A stretch of 64,000 nucleotides of DNA. Origin: Octopus vulgaris. Its lineage: Eukaryota. The notes below the pieces were generated by a model. The model made no database searches, was not told the origin of the DNA, and worked only from the letters and a program-made list of their open reading frames with translations. How positions within the stretch are numbered: position 1 is the first letter of the stretch; every line of letters begins with the position of its first letter. The position numbers and the translations under genes are program-made. The stretch covers positions 113,646,001-113,710,000 of the forward strand of contig OX597817.1 of assembly GCA_951406725.2 (NCBI GenBank). The letters are read 5' to 3'. This document shows, one piece after another, positions 1 to 12,277 of the stretch.

Positions 1-370
1 GCTATGCTTTCAGAACAACTTCCCTCACTACTGACTTGGCCACCTAAGTAACTGAAACTGTCAACTACATCTGAGGATCTCCCACTGACATTTGAAGGAG
101 TCTATTTTTTGTACATTCCTGGTGTTTAATTACCTGCACACCTGCTACATGTAAAGACAACTTTCTCTGTTAGTCTTCCAGTGATACCACTGCACCTCTT
201 ATGTGTCCATTGCTTGCACTGGGTACACCTTATGAAGTTTCTCCCAACTCCTTTTCTACACATCTAGCAGAGCCTTCTCTCTGAAGGGATCTGTGATTTG
301 TTTGTTTTCCTACTTATCAATACTTTGGCCTTTGCTAAATTAACTCTAAGACCCTTTAATTCTAGTCTGT
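1..370 (-). mobile_element. RTE-clade LINE ORF2 fragment (late RT region with PHD-like Cys/His finger), degenerate
   Basis: Minus-strand translation KGLRVNLAKAKVL...CRKGVGRNFIRCTQCKQWTHKRCSG...; same family as 12278-13235. Confidence 0.75.
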
Positions 371-1289
371 AACTTTAAAATAAGCAAATTCTGTGACAGT
401 ATATATTAACTGGAGAGTGTAATTTGAAAGATTTGATTACTACATCTAGCAAGTTGATTGAGGCAAGCATTGTATATAGCAGGCATAGGCAACTGTTTAT
501 GAGAAGCAGGCCACACTGGACATGGCTCATCTTCAAGTAGGTCACACTATTAAAATGATTCAAGGTAATTTTTTGTTGACATGCTATTCAGAAAGTCCTG
601 TGGGTCACTGTTTATCTATGGCTGGTATATAGGCTTCTTCTATATACAATAAATGGTAGAGTTGGTATTTGATATAGTTGACTGCTTTGTTGGAGTAGAT
701 GAAGTGATCCAGACATGGAAAATGGGTTCAGGACTGCATTAGATGGGGGTGGGGGTGATATTTGGGCTAAAGAAGCAGGTGTTGGAGCAAGCAATGGGTT
801 CAGATTGGGTTTGGTAAGGAGTGAAAAACTAGACCAGGTCATCCAGATTGCAATTACAACTGAAGGAAGGGAGAAGTTTTACAGGAAAGATGTTAGATGT
901 ATCAGGATTAGGTTGGAGGAGATAAAAGTTTTACACTTCTTTGCTAGAAACCATTTATTACTTTCTACTTTCTTTTTGCCATAAACATGCACTCATTTTT
1001 CCCTCTATATGATTATGATTTTCCCTCTTCTCCTTTTATCTGTCTTGACAAAGGACCATCTCTTCGAAATATTGAATATCTCCCCTTTTCCTTCATAGCA
1101 TCATACATCAATTTTGTATTTCCATTCATTGTTTTTGTTGACTCCCCCACCACACACGTTTTTACTTTTAATATACCTTGCACTAGCACAAAAAAAGATC
1201 TCTTATACATAGATATTGAATTTCTTTCTGCATCTTTCTACATTAACTATACTTAAACTCATTCTCTTGGATTTGCATCATAACCTTAA

Positions 1290-2700
1290 ATGATTCCAAA
1301 CCTCCTTTCTTCCTGCTTTCTGCTACACAGCCTTGCGTATCTCCAACATTATCTTCACCAACACATGTCAATCAATCCACACTGCTTCCTTTAGCTGCTT
1401 CATTCATCACAATGGTATGCCTCATGGTTTACATCTTCCTTTTAATTGGCACTATTTTGCTCCTTCCATTGAACCCCATTCTTGAGAACTCTTCCCACAT
1501 ATATACCATCATTTAAGCCATTTGCTTCTGTCTCCTTGAACTGGACCATAAGATCTACCAATCATTCTCTCTTCTACCTGAACCCCATATATTACCTGTT
1601 CCATGGCCTTTTACTTCCACCACATTAATTGACTTCTTCTCACACACAAAATATCACAAGTTCTATTAACTTGCTGATCTAGTCCCTATTGTCTCCATAT
1701 CTACTGTTTTTTTTTCACTCAACAGTAATTCTACTCTCCAACCTAACACTCTCTGAAACTAAGCATTCGATCTTTGGTAGGGAGTCACTATATTCCAAGC
1801 TACATGCCTTCTTTTATAACAAACTGACTGAACCCAGTAACATTGATCCCTTTACTGATTTTGGCCAATGGCCATCTGACTGGATATCTGATCATGAACA
1901 GCTTAAGACTTAAGCTACTCAACAGCTCCATTAGATACACAGTGAACCACTTCAATTTCCAGAAGCATTTAAGACCAGTAAGAATCTGGTCAGAATTTGT
2001 TGCACTTTGTCACCTTTGACACCAACGTGACAGTATTGTCAAACCAACTGGCAAGGATGGCATGAGAGAGTTATATTAACTCTAAAAGACTGAAGCAAAT
2101 TGGTAATTGTTTTAGTTTCTATTCTTGTTTCAGTTGCCCAATTACCATAATCCCTCAACCAATAACGCATGTCCACCACCATATATCAACCTATCTCCCC
2201 TTCTTCTGTCCTTCCTCCTACACCAGCAAACTTCATCATCCACACACCCTGTATCTTCACCTCTACTCCTTCTACCAGATCCATAACATTAATGCCCCTG
2301 GTTGTCACACTGAACGCCTATCTAAATGCCTTCACTAGCCTTTCTCACACTTGGTAGCAGCCACCTCCACTTCTTCAACTCCTTCTCCTTTCCTAGGCCC
2401 TCCAAGCTTCTTTCCACAATTGATATTAAATCTTTCTACACTGTCGTCCCACACAACAATAGACACCTAACTTTTAAATTCTTACTAGACCATGCTTGTT
2501 CATTGACTCACTGAACTTGTTCTCATCTTCAACTGTTTCTCCATTTCTACTATCTCTTACCTGCAGTTAACTGAATTGCCCTTACACGTACTGGTAAACA
2601 TCCATATATACATGTCACATCCTTTCCATCCACACATCAAACTAACTACCACACATCTTGATGCCTTGTTTTCACACAAAAAAGTTTTAGCATCCTGCTT
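1290..2700 (+). mobile_element. Penelope-like element, degenerate RT-coding fragment
   Basis: Remnant motifs VILLSNLTLSETK, IVKPTGKDG (IKPADKG-like) and LLSTIDIKSFYTVVPH (L.T.DV.SLYT.IPH), broken by stops and frameshifts. Confidence 0.6.
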
Positions 2701-3329
2701 AAAGAGGGAGTATCTACATGGCTGCTAGACCAGCAACCAAAATGTCCTCAAATCACATCCTACTATTTTAAAAAAACAGGTCATGTTGGATAATGTGGTC
2801 CTGGGTTCTATGAGGAAAACACAAGATGACCATTGTTGGAATGACTTTAATCATAGGCATACTCAATGAAGTTTGCCCCTTGAGACAATAGCAATATATT
2901 ATTGTTGAGCCAACAAGAGAGACACTATTTGATTGGTTGACCTGCCAAAGCCCCTCATCCTTTCTTCCCCACATTATTCTTTCCATGCATGTCTGACATT
3001 AACCAGTCATCTTGTACACTACCTCTTTCATAATCATTTATTATCCTCCTTTGTATAATTTTTTCCCCTCTTTTCTCCTATTTATATTGACAAAATACTA
3101 ATTGTTTGAAATATCAATATTTTTTCTTTCACAGCATAATACATTGAGTTTGTACTTCTGTTTATGAATTGCTTTTGTATTGTTTTTGCTCAGTCATGAC
3201 TGAGTAAATCTATTATCAATAGCCTTCCAGGTATGATTATCCTGTATTTTTCTTTTTTGAGATTGTGTTCTTTCCCTTTCAAGATGGTAGGACGCAATTT
3301 GAAGTAGACTTAGTTGAAGTTAACCAGCA

Positions 3330-4340
3330 GTATAGATGCCCTTCATTTGCTTAAGTTGATAGTTGAGTGCACTTCTGATACACTTCTACAATATTTCTAT
3401 CAACATCTCAGAAGAGCTGTAGAAAGATGTATTGAACCATAACTGTTCACCACCTCTATTTTCACAATAATCTGAGAATCATTGCAGGTGTATTGGCTTC
3501 AGTGCACACCTGCATATCATTATCAACAATATCCTGAGACGCTTATGGAAAAGGTATTGATTGCAGATTGATTTCCTGACCAGTGAAACCTGTCTCTTCC
3601 ACAGAAAGTGAAAGAGCATACACTCCAATCTGATCGGGTATTACTTGGGACAAGGTAAAATGGGAAAGTGGCAATGCATCACCAAAGAAATGTAGGCATT
3701 AACCACTTCTGCTCAACATTTCAGGGACAGTTTTTTATTAGCCTATATTGGAGTGAAACTGGCTAACCTGCAAATGACTTCTTTCCAGTTTCTCTTCACT
3801 TGGAGGTTCTGTGTGAATCAAACACCCAGTAATTGAATGCTAGCTCCACTGATGGAAGTTACTGCTGCTGCTGGATGTTGATGTTGTCCATCTATGCAGA
3901 TATAGTTCTGAATTCCAGTTTGATCAGGTACTGTGCAATGTCTTCAATCTCCACAGCAATGGCTTTAGCACTTAAATACATGGGAGAAAGGAAAGAAGGT
4001 TTTCCTTGATGGATTAAACAAATGCTTGAACAGATAATGCTGTAAATTGTTGCAGTTCAGCCTCAGAAGACAGGGAAAAAAACAGCCTGAACTAATGACA
4101 GCTACTTAGTAGTGGTGATTAACCCTCTCATAAACTTTAGACTTATCTAAATTGATCAGCATCTCATTGAAGCCAGATCTGTTTCTGATCTACTCTGTGA
4201 TGTAACATGTGAGGAGAGGCTTTTGTGGATAAGTCTGTCTGAAATTGAACAAGCTTGCAAATATATGACTACATTACTGATGACAAGCTCAGCATCTACA
4301 ATGCATCAACCCTCTCCATTTTCCTCTGTGGAGCAGAAAT
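3330..4340 (-). mobile_element. L1/Tx1-like LINE RT fragment, degenerate
   Basis: Minus-strand LINLDKSKVYERVNHHY (LINLDQSKAFDRVDH-like) and downstream QVSLVRKSIC. Confidence 0.6.
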
Positions 4341-4399
4341 GTCACTCCTCTCAAAGGCCTAAGCAAAGAGGATAAACAGCTTTGATTACAGACCCATGT

Positions 4400-4770
4400 G
4401 AACCACCAAGAACATTAGATGGTACCGTCACATTTCCCACAAAGAACTGCATGCATGCATGAGCCCACAGCCGCCCACTTCATAGCTATCCATCACTGTA
4501 CTGGTATGGACATGTTCTCCATCTCCTGCAAAATCATCCTACAAGGTCTTTATTCTCATTTAACACAGCAGCTGTAGGTTGGCAAAGGACATGTGGCAGG
4601 CCCCACACCAGATGGGTGGATGTGATTAAGGAAGGTTTGGAGTATGCAGAGAAGCTGGCACTGGACTATCAGCAATGGAGAGCACTGGTGGACCTGGTCA
4701 GTTCAACACATGATGACGTCTCTGGAGCCACTAACCTGGGATGACCCCAGTCCTATCAAACAAGAGCATG
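4400..4770 (+). mobile_element. RTE-type LINE 3' fragment (second family)
   Basis: Translates as LYWYGHVLHL...HPTR...GWQRTCGRPHTRWVDVIKE, the typical RTE C-terminal W.GHV.R / GRP..RW.D motif. Confidence 0.7.
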
Positions 4771-5292
4771 AAGCAGCAGAAGCACTGATGACAAGCATCA
4801 ACTTCTTATTGAACACCTTTATTAAAATCTTCAATTTTGAGTTTAGTAAACATGTCTATTATGTCCCCTTTTTCATTCATAAAGCTATGGCCAAGCTTAC
4901 ATTTATTATATGAAACATTTGGTTTCAATACTCATGAAAAATAAAGCAATTCAACAAATAACAGAAAATTCAGATTTCAGACAAGGCACAACATTTTCCT
5001 AATGTTTGGCAGATTATTAATGCCTGATACTAAATGATTGATTTCTTTTCACATCTAATACCAGTGAAGTTGAGCAAATAGCTTTATTTGTTTGCTTACT
5101 TTTAATCAGCTAAAATACTCTATTAGTTTCCGATAAATGTGATTGCCTTGATGGTGCTCTCGTCAAATAGACAGCCTGAGACACCATTCCAATAGATGTT
5201 CTTATTGATTCTGGATTATCAAGCAGCTATAAACAAACATGCATGCATATCAACTATTTGACATACATATATACCATGTGTATATAAATATA

Positions 5293-5530
5293 AGACCCCA
5301 GTACTTATCTTTTTAAGCCATGTACTTATTCTGCTCGTCTCTTTAGCCAATCACACTAAGTTACAGGGACATAAACAAACCAACACAGTTCAAGCAGTGG
5401 TGAGGGCACAAACACAGACACAAAGACACTCTCACACATAGTAGAAGGCACTTGCCCAAGGCGTCACACAGTGGAACTGAACCTCATGGTTTAGAATCAA
5501 GGTTTTTAACCACATAGTCATGCACATACT
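5293..5530 (-). mobile_element. tRNA-derived SINE family A (head ggctgtgtggttaagaagcttgcttccc)
   Basis: Same sequence family as copies at about 15423-16975, 23090-23230, 28165-28320, 30021-30060, 52140-52300 and 58397-58550; A-box/B-box-like head and CA-repeat middle. Confidence 0.6.
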
Positions 5531-5758
5531 TTGCAAAGAAACACAAAATTTGTATTCAAACACGTTTCTGTGCATACCTACAACAAAAGAATTTGAGGAA
5601 ACATTGTCTGAAAGTTATTTCTGTGAACTCATTTTAATTTTAATTATGCAAATTAAAGTGGCCAAAAATTATTCATAATTTATATTCTATATGTCAAAAA
5701 AGTCTATGCAACTGATTGGATAGGCTTGACTGTTCTATAACATTTTAAGGTGTAAATA

Positions 5759-5985
5759 TCATCATTATCTTCATTTAACATTCATTTTGCATGCGAGCAT
5801 GGGTTGGACGGTTTGACAAGAGCTGGCATGACAGAGAACAGTGCCATGCTCCATTGTCTTTGACATGGTTTCTACAGTAAGATGCTCTTCTGAATTCCAA
5901 CCACTTTACAGAAAGTACTGGGTGCTTTTTACATGGTACTGGCACTGGCAGGGTCACTAAGTAACTTTCAAGACAAAGGCCCTTG
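5759..5985 (-). mobile_element. RTE LINE 3'-end repeat ending in (GAT)n
   Basis: catcat...catgc.agcatgggttggacgg...ccactttacaga signature, shared with more than a dozen copies in the window. Confidence 0.7.
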
Positions 5986-6516
5986 ATTGGAAGGAGGAGT
6001 ATTAAGGAAGGTGATTTTGTGCCAGGTAATGAGAGGTTAAAGTGGAATAGAGGGATAGAAATTGTTGTTTTGTTATGGAGGAGATACTTAGCTACCCCAG
6101 TTGGAAAAGAAAGGAGAGAGAGTGAGATAGGGTTAGAGAGAAAGAGAGATGGAGTGAGAGACAGACAGATGATAGTGGAGCACCAGCAAGATCAAGTAAC
6201 TTGCAAGCCAAGGACCCTTGACAGGGAGGAGGGGTGGTATGGAAGGATGTGGCCTTGTGCAAGTTAAGAGGTTAAATAGAATGAAATATACACATAGTTT
6301 TCTCTTGCCAGCAAAGAGCAAACTTTCCTTCATGTAAGCATTTACATTAACGTTGAGAAATTATTTGACATTGTCTTGAAGATTTGGTAACAATTATTAT
6401 TATTATTTTTTTGCTTATTTTCTTTATCCAATTAATAAAGAAATTTCAATTATTTAAGATTTTTTTTTATATTCTATTCAATCACCTCTTAACTTATGTG
6501 TATATATATATATATT

Positions 6517-6792
6517 TATATTAGAAAAAATAAAGTATTCAGAGATCTGGATGGTTGTACATATACAAATATTTATTAACATGTCATGTTTTTACAAATC
6601 ACATATTTTCATCTACTCTAATAGAATTTCAGACTTAAATTGTGTGAGAGACAAATCCCTTCATACAATTTAAATCTGAAGATTCTATTAGAGTAGATGA
6701 AAATATGGGATCTATGAAAACATGACATGTTAATAAATATTTGTATATGTACAACCATCCAGATCTCTGAATACCTTATTCTTTCTAATATA
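6517..6792. repeat. Near-perfect ~275-bp palindrome (foldback element) next to (TA)n
   Basis: Left arm tatattagaaa...gtattcagagatctggatggttgtacatatacaaatatttattaacatgtcatg is the reverse complement of the right arm ...catccagatctctgaatac...ttctaatata. Confidence 0.85.
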
Positions 6793-6823
6793 TAATATCT
6801 GTACATCACCTCCAGACCTTCTA

Positions 6824-6825
<2 letters not shown>

Positions 6826-6856
<31 letters not shown>

Positions 6857-7311
6857 TGTATGTATGTATGTATGTATGTATGAATGTATGTATGTATGTA
6901 TGTATGTACGTATGTATGTATATTTATATATATGGGTGTATGTGTATGTTTGAGTGTTTGTGTATGTATGTATATGTGTAAGTATGTGTGTGTGTGTGTG
7001 TGTCTGTGTATGTGTATGTATGTATGTATGTATGTATGTCATTATTCAGTTTTATTTCAAGATTTCTTGCCAATAGAGAATGAGCCAGTTTCTAATCTAG
7101 ATCCAAAGTTCCTTCACTGGAATTTCAGCAACATCAATAGGGTATTTTTGCATGTATATGTGTATATGAACAGATTTGTTTGTTTGTTTGTATGTTTGTT
7201 TGTTTGTTTGTTTGTATGTATGTATGTATGTATGTATGTATGTATGTATGTATGTATGTATGTATGTATGTATGTATGTATGTTTGTATGTATGTATGTA
7301 TGTATGTATGT
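6826..7311. repeat. Compound (TATG)n/(TG)n/(TTTG)n microsatellites flanking a ~120-bp unique insert
   Basis: Directly visible; explains the spurious YIHT/MYVC ORFs. Confidence 0.95.
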
Positions 7312-8199
7312 TACTCTTTTTCTTATTCTTACCTCTTCTCATTTCTTTTTCCTTTCAATAAAGTTTCAATGCAATCTACACATTAGTTTCCGTCTATAGC
7401 CAACTATGCCTCCCCTTCTTTGACCTTTGACTTCACTCTCATCACACCTTCACTTTACTCTACTTCCATTGTTAATGTGTGTAACTGTGTGTGTAGGTAA
7501 AAACAAAACTATCCAATCCTGATTAACTTTTTTTCTTTCTTCTCTGGTATTGGACACAAATTTACATCTTGACCATTCCCTGTCTTCCTTACTCATCTTT
7601 CACTCACACTGTCATGATTATATGAAATAAAGGTTGCACAGCGATATCAAAAATGAAGTTAGGTATATCAGTTTTCTTGTATTTTCCACATACCATCAAA
7701 AAGATAGATTGCTTCTACTTCAATACTATAATGTTGTGCTAAAAGAAGTAGGTACAGGTTTGAAAAAGGAACAGTTGTTTATACACAAAAGATAACAAGT
7801 TTCATGTTACAACATGGAAAAAAAAAGCCAGTAAAATAAGTGTTGTTAGTAGGAAATGTATTCTACACATGTTCATGTTTGTAAAGTTAACTAAATGTGA
7901 CATATGGTGTAAAAAGATAATTACTGCTGAGTAAGGAGAAATAAATAACCTATAGGCTTATTAAGTAGTGAAATAGACAATATGACAAACTAATTTCTCA
8001 ATCAGCTTTACATGTTATTATCTAAGACAGTCGAAGTGAGAAAATAGGCAAAGATTGTAAGCAAAAGGCCAGGCTCCCATCTATTTGATGCTCTGGTTAT
8101 AGATCCAAGATCTGTAATTACAGAATCATACAGATGGAAGCTTAACTTCTTTTATACGGTCTCTGGTGCATCTTGTAATGGTAGTTACAGTAACCCTAC

Positions 8200-8378
8200 T
8201 AAAAAATAATTATAACTTTAATTGTGGTAGTAATAATAGTTGCACTACCTTCATTCCATCAATAATAATTATAATAGTAATGATAATGATAATGCTAATA
8301 ATTGTAATAGTAATAATAATTGTACTGACAGTAATAATATTGATGATAAAAATTATAATTATGATAATAATAATGATT
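8200..8378. repeat. Degenerate (ATA)n microsatellite
   Basis: Directly visible. Confidence 0.85.
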
Positions 8379-8792
8379 TCAAATTTTGGCAGAAAGTCAC
8401 CAATTTCAGGGGAGGGAGTAAGTTGATTAATTCAACCTCAGTGATCAACTGGTATTTATTTTATTGACCTATAAAGGATGAAAGGTAAAGTCACCGTCAG
8501 CAGAATTTGAACTCAAGACATAAAGATGGACAAGATGCGTTGCAGCCTTTTGCCCGGCAGCCTGACAATTCTGCCAGCTCACTGCCTTAATAATAATAAT
8601 AACAGTCATTATTTTTATTTTGGTACAATCCCAGTAATATGAGGGAAGGGGACAGTTGATTAGATCAACCCAAGTGCTCAACTGGTACTTATTTCATTGA
8701 CCCTAAAAGGATGAAAAGCCCAAGTTAACCTCTGTGGAATTTGAACACAAAAGATTTGAAATAAATGCCACTAAGCATTTTGTCCAGCACAG
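8378..8792 (-). mobile_element. Two tandem copies of SINE family B (aaggc.gtgagctggcagaa...gagttcaaattc...)
   Basis: Reverse complement of the repeat at 50468-50692 and 55638-56078; further copies near 26590, 34355 and 35480. Confidence 0.65.
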
Positions 8793-8907
8793 TGACAATG
8801 ACAACAACAACAACAATAATGTGAAGAAGAAGAAGAAGATTAATCCATATAAAAATAGTACTTACTGTACATGTAATGATAATGACAAGAACAACAACAA
8901 CAATAAT

Positions 8908-9385
8908 AATCATCATCATCGTTTAGCATCTGCTTTCCATGCTAGCATGGGTTGGACGATTTGACTGAGGTCTGGTGAAACAGATGGTTGCACCAGACTC
9001 CAATCTAATCTGGCAGAGTTTCTATAGCTGTATGCCCTTCCTAACGCCAACCACTCTGAGAGTGTAGTGGGTGCTTTTACATGCCACCGGCACAAGGGCC
9101 AGTCAGGCGATACTGGCAATGGCCAAGCTCAAATGGTGCTTTCTATGTGCCACCCTGCACAGGAGCCAGTCCAGCAGCACTGGTAACGACCTCGCTTGAA
9201 TGTTTTTCACGTGCTGCCAGTACAAGTGCTAGTAAGGTGACGCAGGTAATGATCACGCTCGAATGGTGGTTTTAACATGCCATTGGCTCAGAGGTCAGCT
9301 TGTTGCTCTGGCCCTGATCTCATATGGTACTACTCTTAGTGCTCCACTAGCATGGATGCCAGTCATCGAATTTGATTCGATTTCG
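8908..9385 (-). mobile_element. RTE 3'-end repeat with internal ~60-bp degenerate tandem units
   Basis: catcatcatcgtttagcatctgctttccatgctagcatgggttggacg start, followed by repeated ggtgcttttacatgccacc-like units. Confidence 0.7.
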
Positions 9386-9756
9386 ATAACAATAATAATT
9401 TTTTTGTTGGCCACAAGGGATGCAAAACATTTAGGACTATACAAAAGCAAGGACAATGGGGATTTACAGACATGCATATTGACAATAAAGACACTAATTA
9501 TGATCCAAAATTACGTTCACAATCAAAAAATTACAGAATTCAAATGTTTATCCTAATGAAGCAGCTGAGTATAATTAAAGTTTGAATTATATCTGTAAAT
9601 TTATGCTTTTCTACTTTTATTCTAAATATGTTGCTCTATAAGACTGTTTTAGCCATTTATTTATGTACATGCAAGTTTGTTTCACCTAGATTTACAATAA
9701 TGTGATATATATTGGAGTTTAATGACCTATTATCAATTGAGCTCTTAATGAACATG

Positions 9757-9977
<221 letters not shown>

Positions 9978-10730
9978 GGCTGGTTCATGGGGTTACCCTG
10001 GGCTTCATGTCCATAGAGTGCTTAACTTTACTGCATTTCTTCAAACCCTAAACCTGTTGGCCTATTGTTGGAAAGCAGACTTCTTAACCACACCATGAAT
10101 ATAGATGCACGTACATATGTACATACATACACTCATGCATGCATACATACATACTTACATACAGGCATGCATGCATGCATACATACATACATAATAAACT
10201 CAATGGAAGAAAACATCTTATTTGCAAACAAGAAGGGCATCCAGCTATAAAGTGCTTCCATAACAAGTATCTTCCAAAATGATGCTGATTATGATGTTGA
10301 TGATGAATGTAAGTGTGTATAACTTTGTATGAGTGCATGTGAGTGTGTGGAGACATATGTATTTGTGTTTATTTTTATACTTCATGTAAATTAAACCAGT
10401 ATGGTCATATAAAAATAATTGCCATTATTTTAACCAAAATTTTTTGTGCTAAGGTTTTCAAAGATTTTGCTTCCCAAATCATCTTTGAAGTCTTCATCAA
10501 TAAATGTTAAAAATAAGTTTCAATTTTCTTAATTTTTTTTATAAATAATTCTCTACATTTCTATAAACAAATAAAAAACTGAGGATTTAAATTATTTAAG
10601 AAGTCTAATATTAAAATCAATAGCACGATAATAAACTATTCTACTGTGTATTCTGATAATATCTAGTGTTTTAGCTCAGCTTTTTATAGATATTTCCCTC
10701 ACTAGAATTTGCTATAAATAGAAATATACT

Positions 10731-10748
10731 ATGTGCATGCATGTATGT

Positions 10749-10780
<32 letters not shown>

Positions 10781-10834
10781 TGTATGTATGTATGTATGTA
10801 TGTATATATGTATATGTATATATATCTATATATA
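10731..10834. repeat. (TATG)n microsatellite
   Basis: Directly visible. Confidence 0.9.
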
Positions 10835-11426
10835 ATGCATCTGTCTGACTGTGTTTTATATTGAACTGAACACGGAAATTGTTGACATTTCAAAAGGTTG
10901 AAGCTTTTGTTATAATAGAAAACCAATCTCAAGTTGATTGAAGAACTGATCTAGTGGAGGTTAGAATATTGATAGTCTTTTAATCCTAATAACTGCTGTG
11001 TGCAGTAAAAGATACAGTATCAGTGATGTGTTCTTTATTGTTCTATAATTTCTAATAATCTCTGGTATCTACAGAATGTTCAATTCTAATTTTATATATC
11101 ATAATCTAGACATATTTCTGATAATAGTTCTTGTTTATTCTTTGAATTACAAAGGTCTTTCTTCTACAAAATTCACTTGAGATAACTTACATATTTTAGT
11201 CAATACTCTATTGAAAGCTTAATTATGAAACAAAAAAAATCTATCAATTTTATCTATAAATTAAAGAATGTTTGTTTTTATTGTGAGGTATGTAACATAC
11301 ATAGCAATCCTCTTCTGATAAACTGAATTTGTAACTCAGATTTGATTCCCAGTTGTAGCTAATATCATTCCTCTGGTAACCTTGAGAAAGTAATGAATAT
11401 CATACATTCTCATTGCCTCTTCTCAA

Positions 11427-11700
11427 CATCATCATCATCACCACCACCATCATCACCATCATCATCATCTTTTAATATCCATCTTTCATGCTTGCATGAG
11501 TTGGGTGGTTTGATAGAACAAGACAAGTCCAAATACTGCATCATGAACTAATGTCTGCTCTGGCATGGTTTCTATGGCTGGATGTTCTTCCTAATGTCAG
11601 CCACTTTACAGAATGTATTGGTTGTTTTTTTTTGTGTGAAACCAGCACTAGTGAGGCCACCATGCAGCTTACAAAACTAAGATTACTTCTGATTGAGTGA
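11427..11700 (-). mobile_element. RTE 3'-end repeat with (CAT)n/(CAC)n tail
   Basis: Same signature as 5759-5985. Confidence 0.65.
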
Positions 11701-11844
11701 AGCTACAGTACAGAGAGAGGCAGCTTTATGAGAGGTTATAACAGATGAGAACTTAGAATATGAAAGATGGCAGAAAAAAAATTTTTTGTAGCTGAGCTAT
11801 GGTTGCATAAGAAGCCAGAAAATTGTTACCAAATGCACTTCATC

Positions 11845-12100
11845 AGAACCAAAAGTCTAAGAAAAAAGAGAACATTTATGGTGAATTAATGCGGAACTCA
11901 CAGCACTTTTACAGTGACTATGAATTCTTATTTGTACCTATCATCATAGGTGTATTAGGTTATGTACCAACAAATTTGTGCCAAGAAACTAGAAATGCTC
12001 GGTTTCATGGAAAAAGAGCAAAAGAAGCTGATGCAGATTCTCCAAATCCAATCTATTAGTGGCACAGTGGAGATTTTGTAAGATGTTCTAAAAACTCTCC
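11845..12100 (+). mobile_element. 3' fragment of a non-LTR retrotransposon with restriction-like endonuclease (R4/NeSL-like)
   Basis: KKKENIYGELMRN...YEFLFVPIIIGVLGYVPTNL matches the RLE C-terminal pattern K..KY..L...VPIVIGALG. Confidence 0.6.
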
Positions 12101-12277
12101 ACCTGAGATTCTTATGTAAATAGATGCATACACTTGGGTGTATGCATCGACAGTTCAACCCACACACCAACTCAACCACATATTTTCAAACACCAGGACT
12201 CTCTTGACTCAAAACGCCATATTACTTTGTTAGTGATTGGCTTGAACTCTTTCAAAGAGAACTTAAATAAAATTCAA

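Noticed and set aside
380-960. Possible Penelope GIY-YIG remnant on the minus strand (NSTIYCI)
   Set aside because: Too degenerate to support a call.
7040-7150. Exon-like unique segment between microsatellites (DFLPIENEPVSNLDPKFLHWNFSNINR)
   Set aside because: Weak splice sites and no partner exons; more likely a small repeat associated with (TATG)n tracts.
6821-7399. Long ORFs (up to 171 aa) of YIHT/MYVC repeats
   Set aside because: They are translations of (TATG)n microsatellites, not genes. The same applies to ORFs at 8166-8467, 9712-10098 and 10729-10932.
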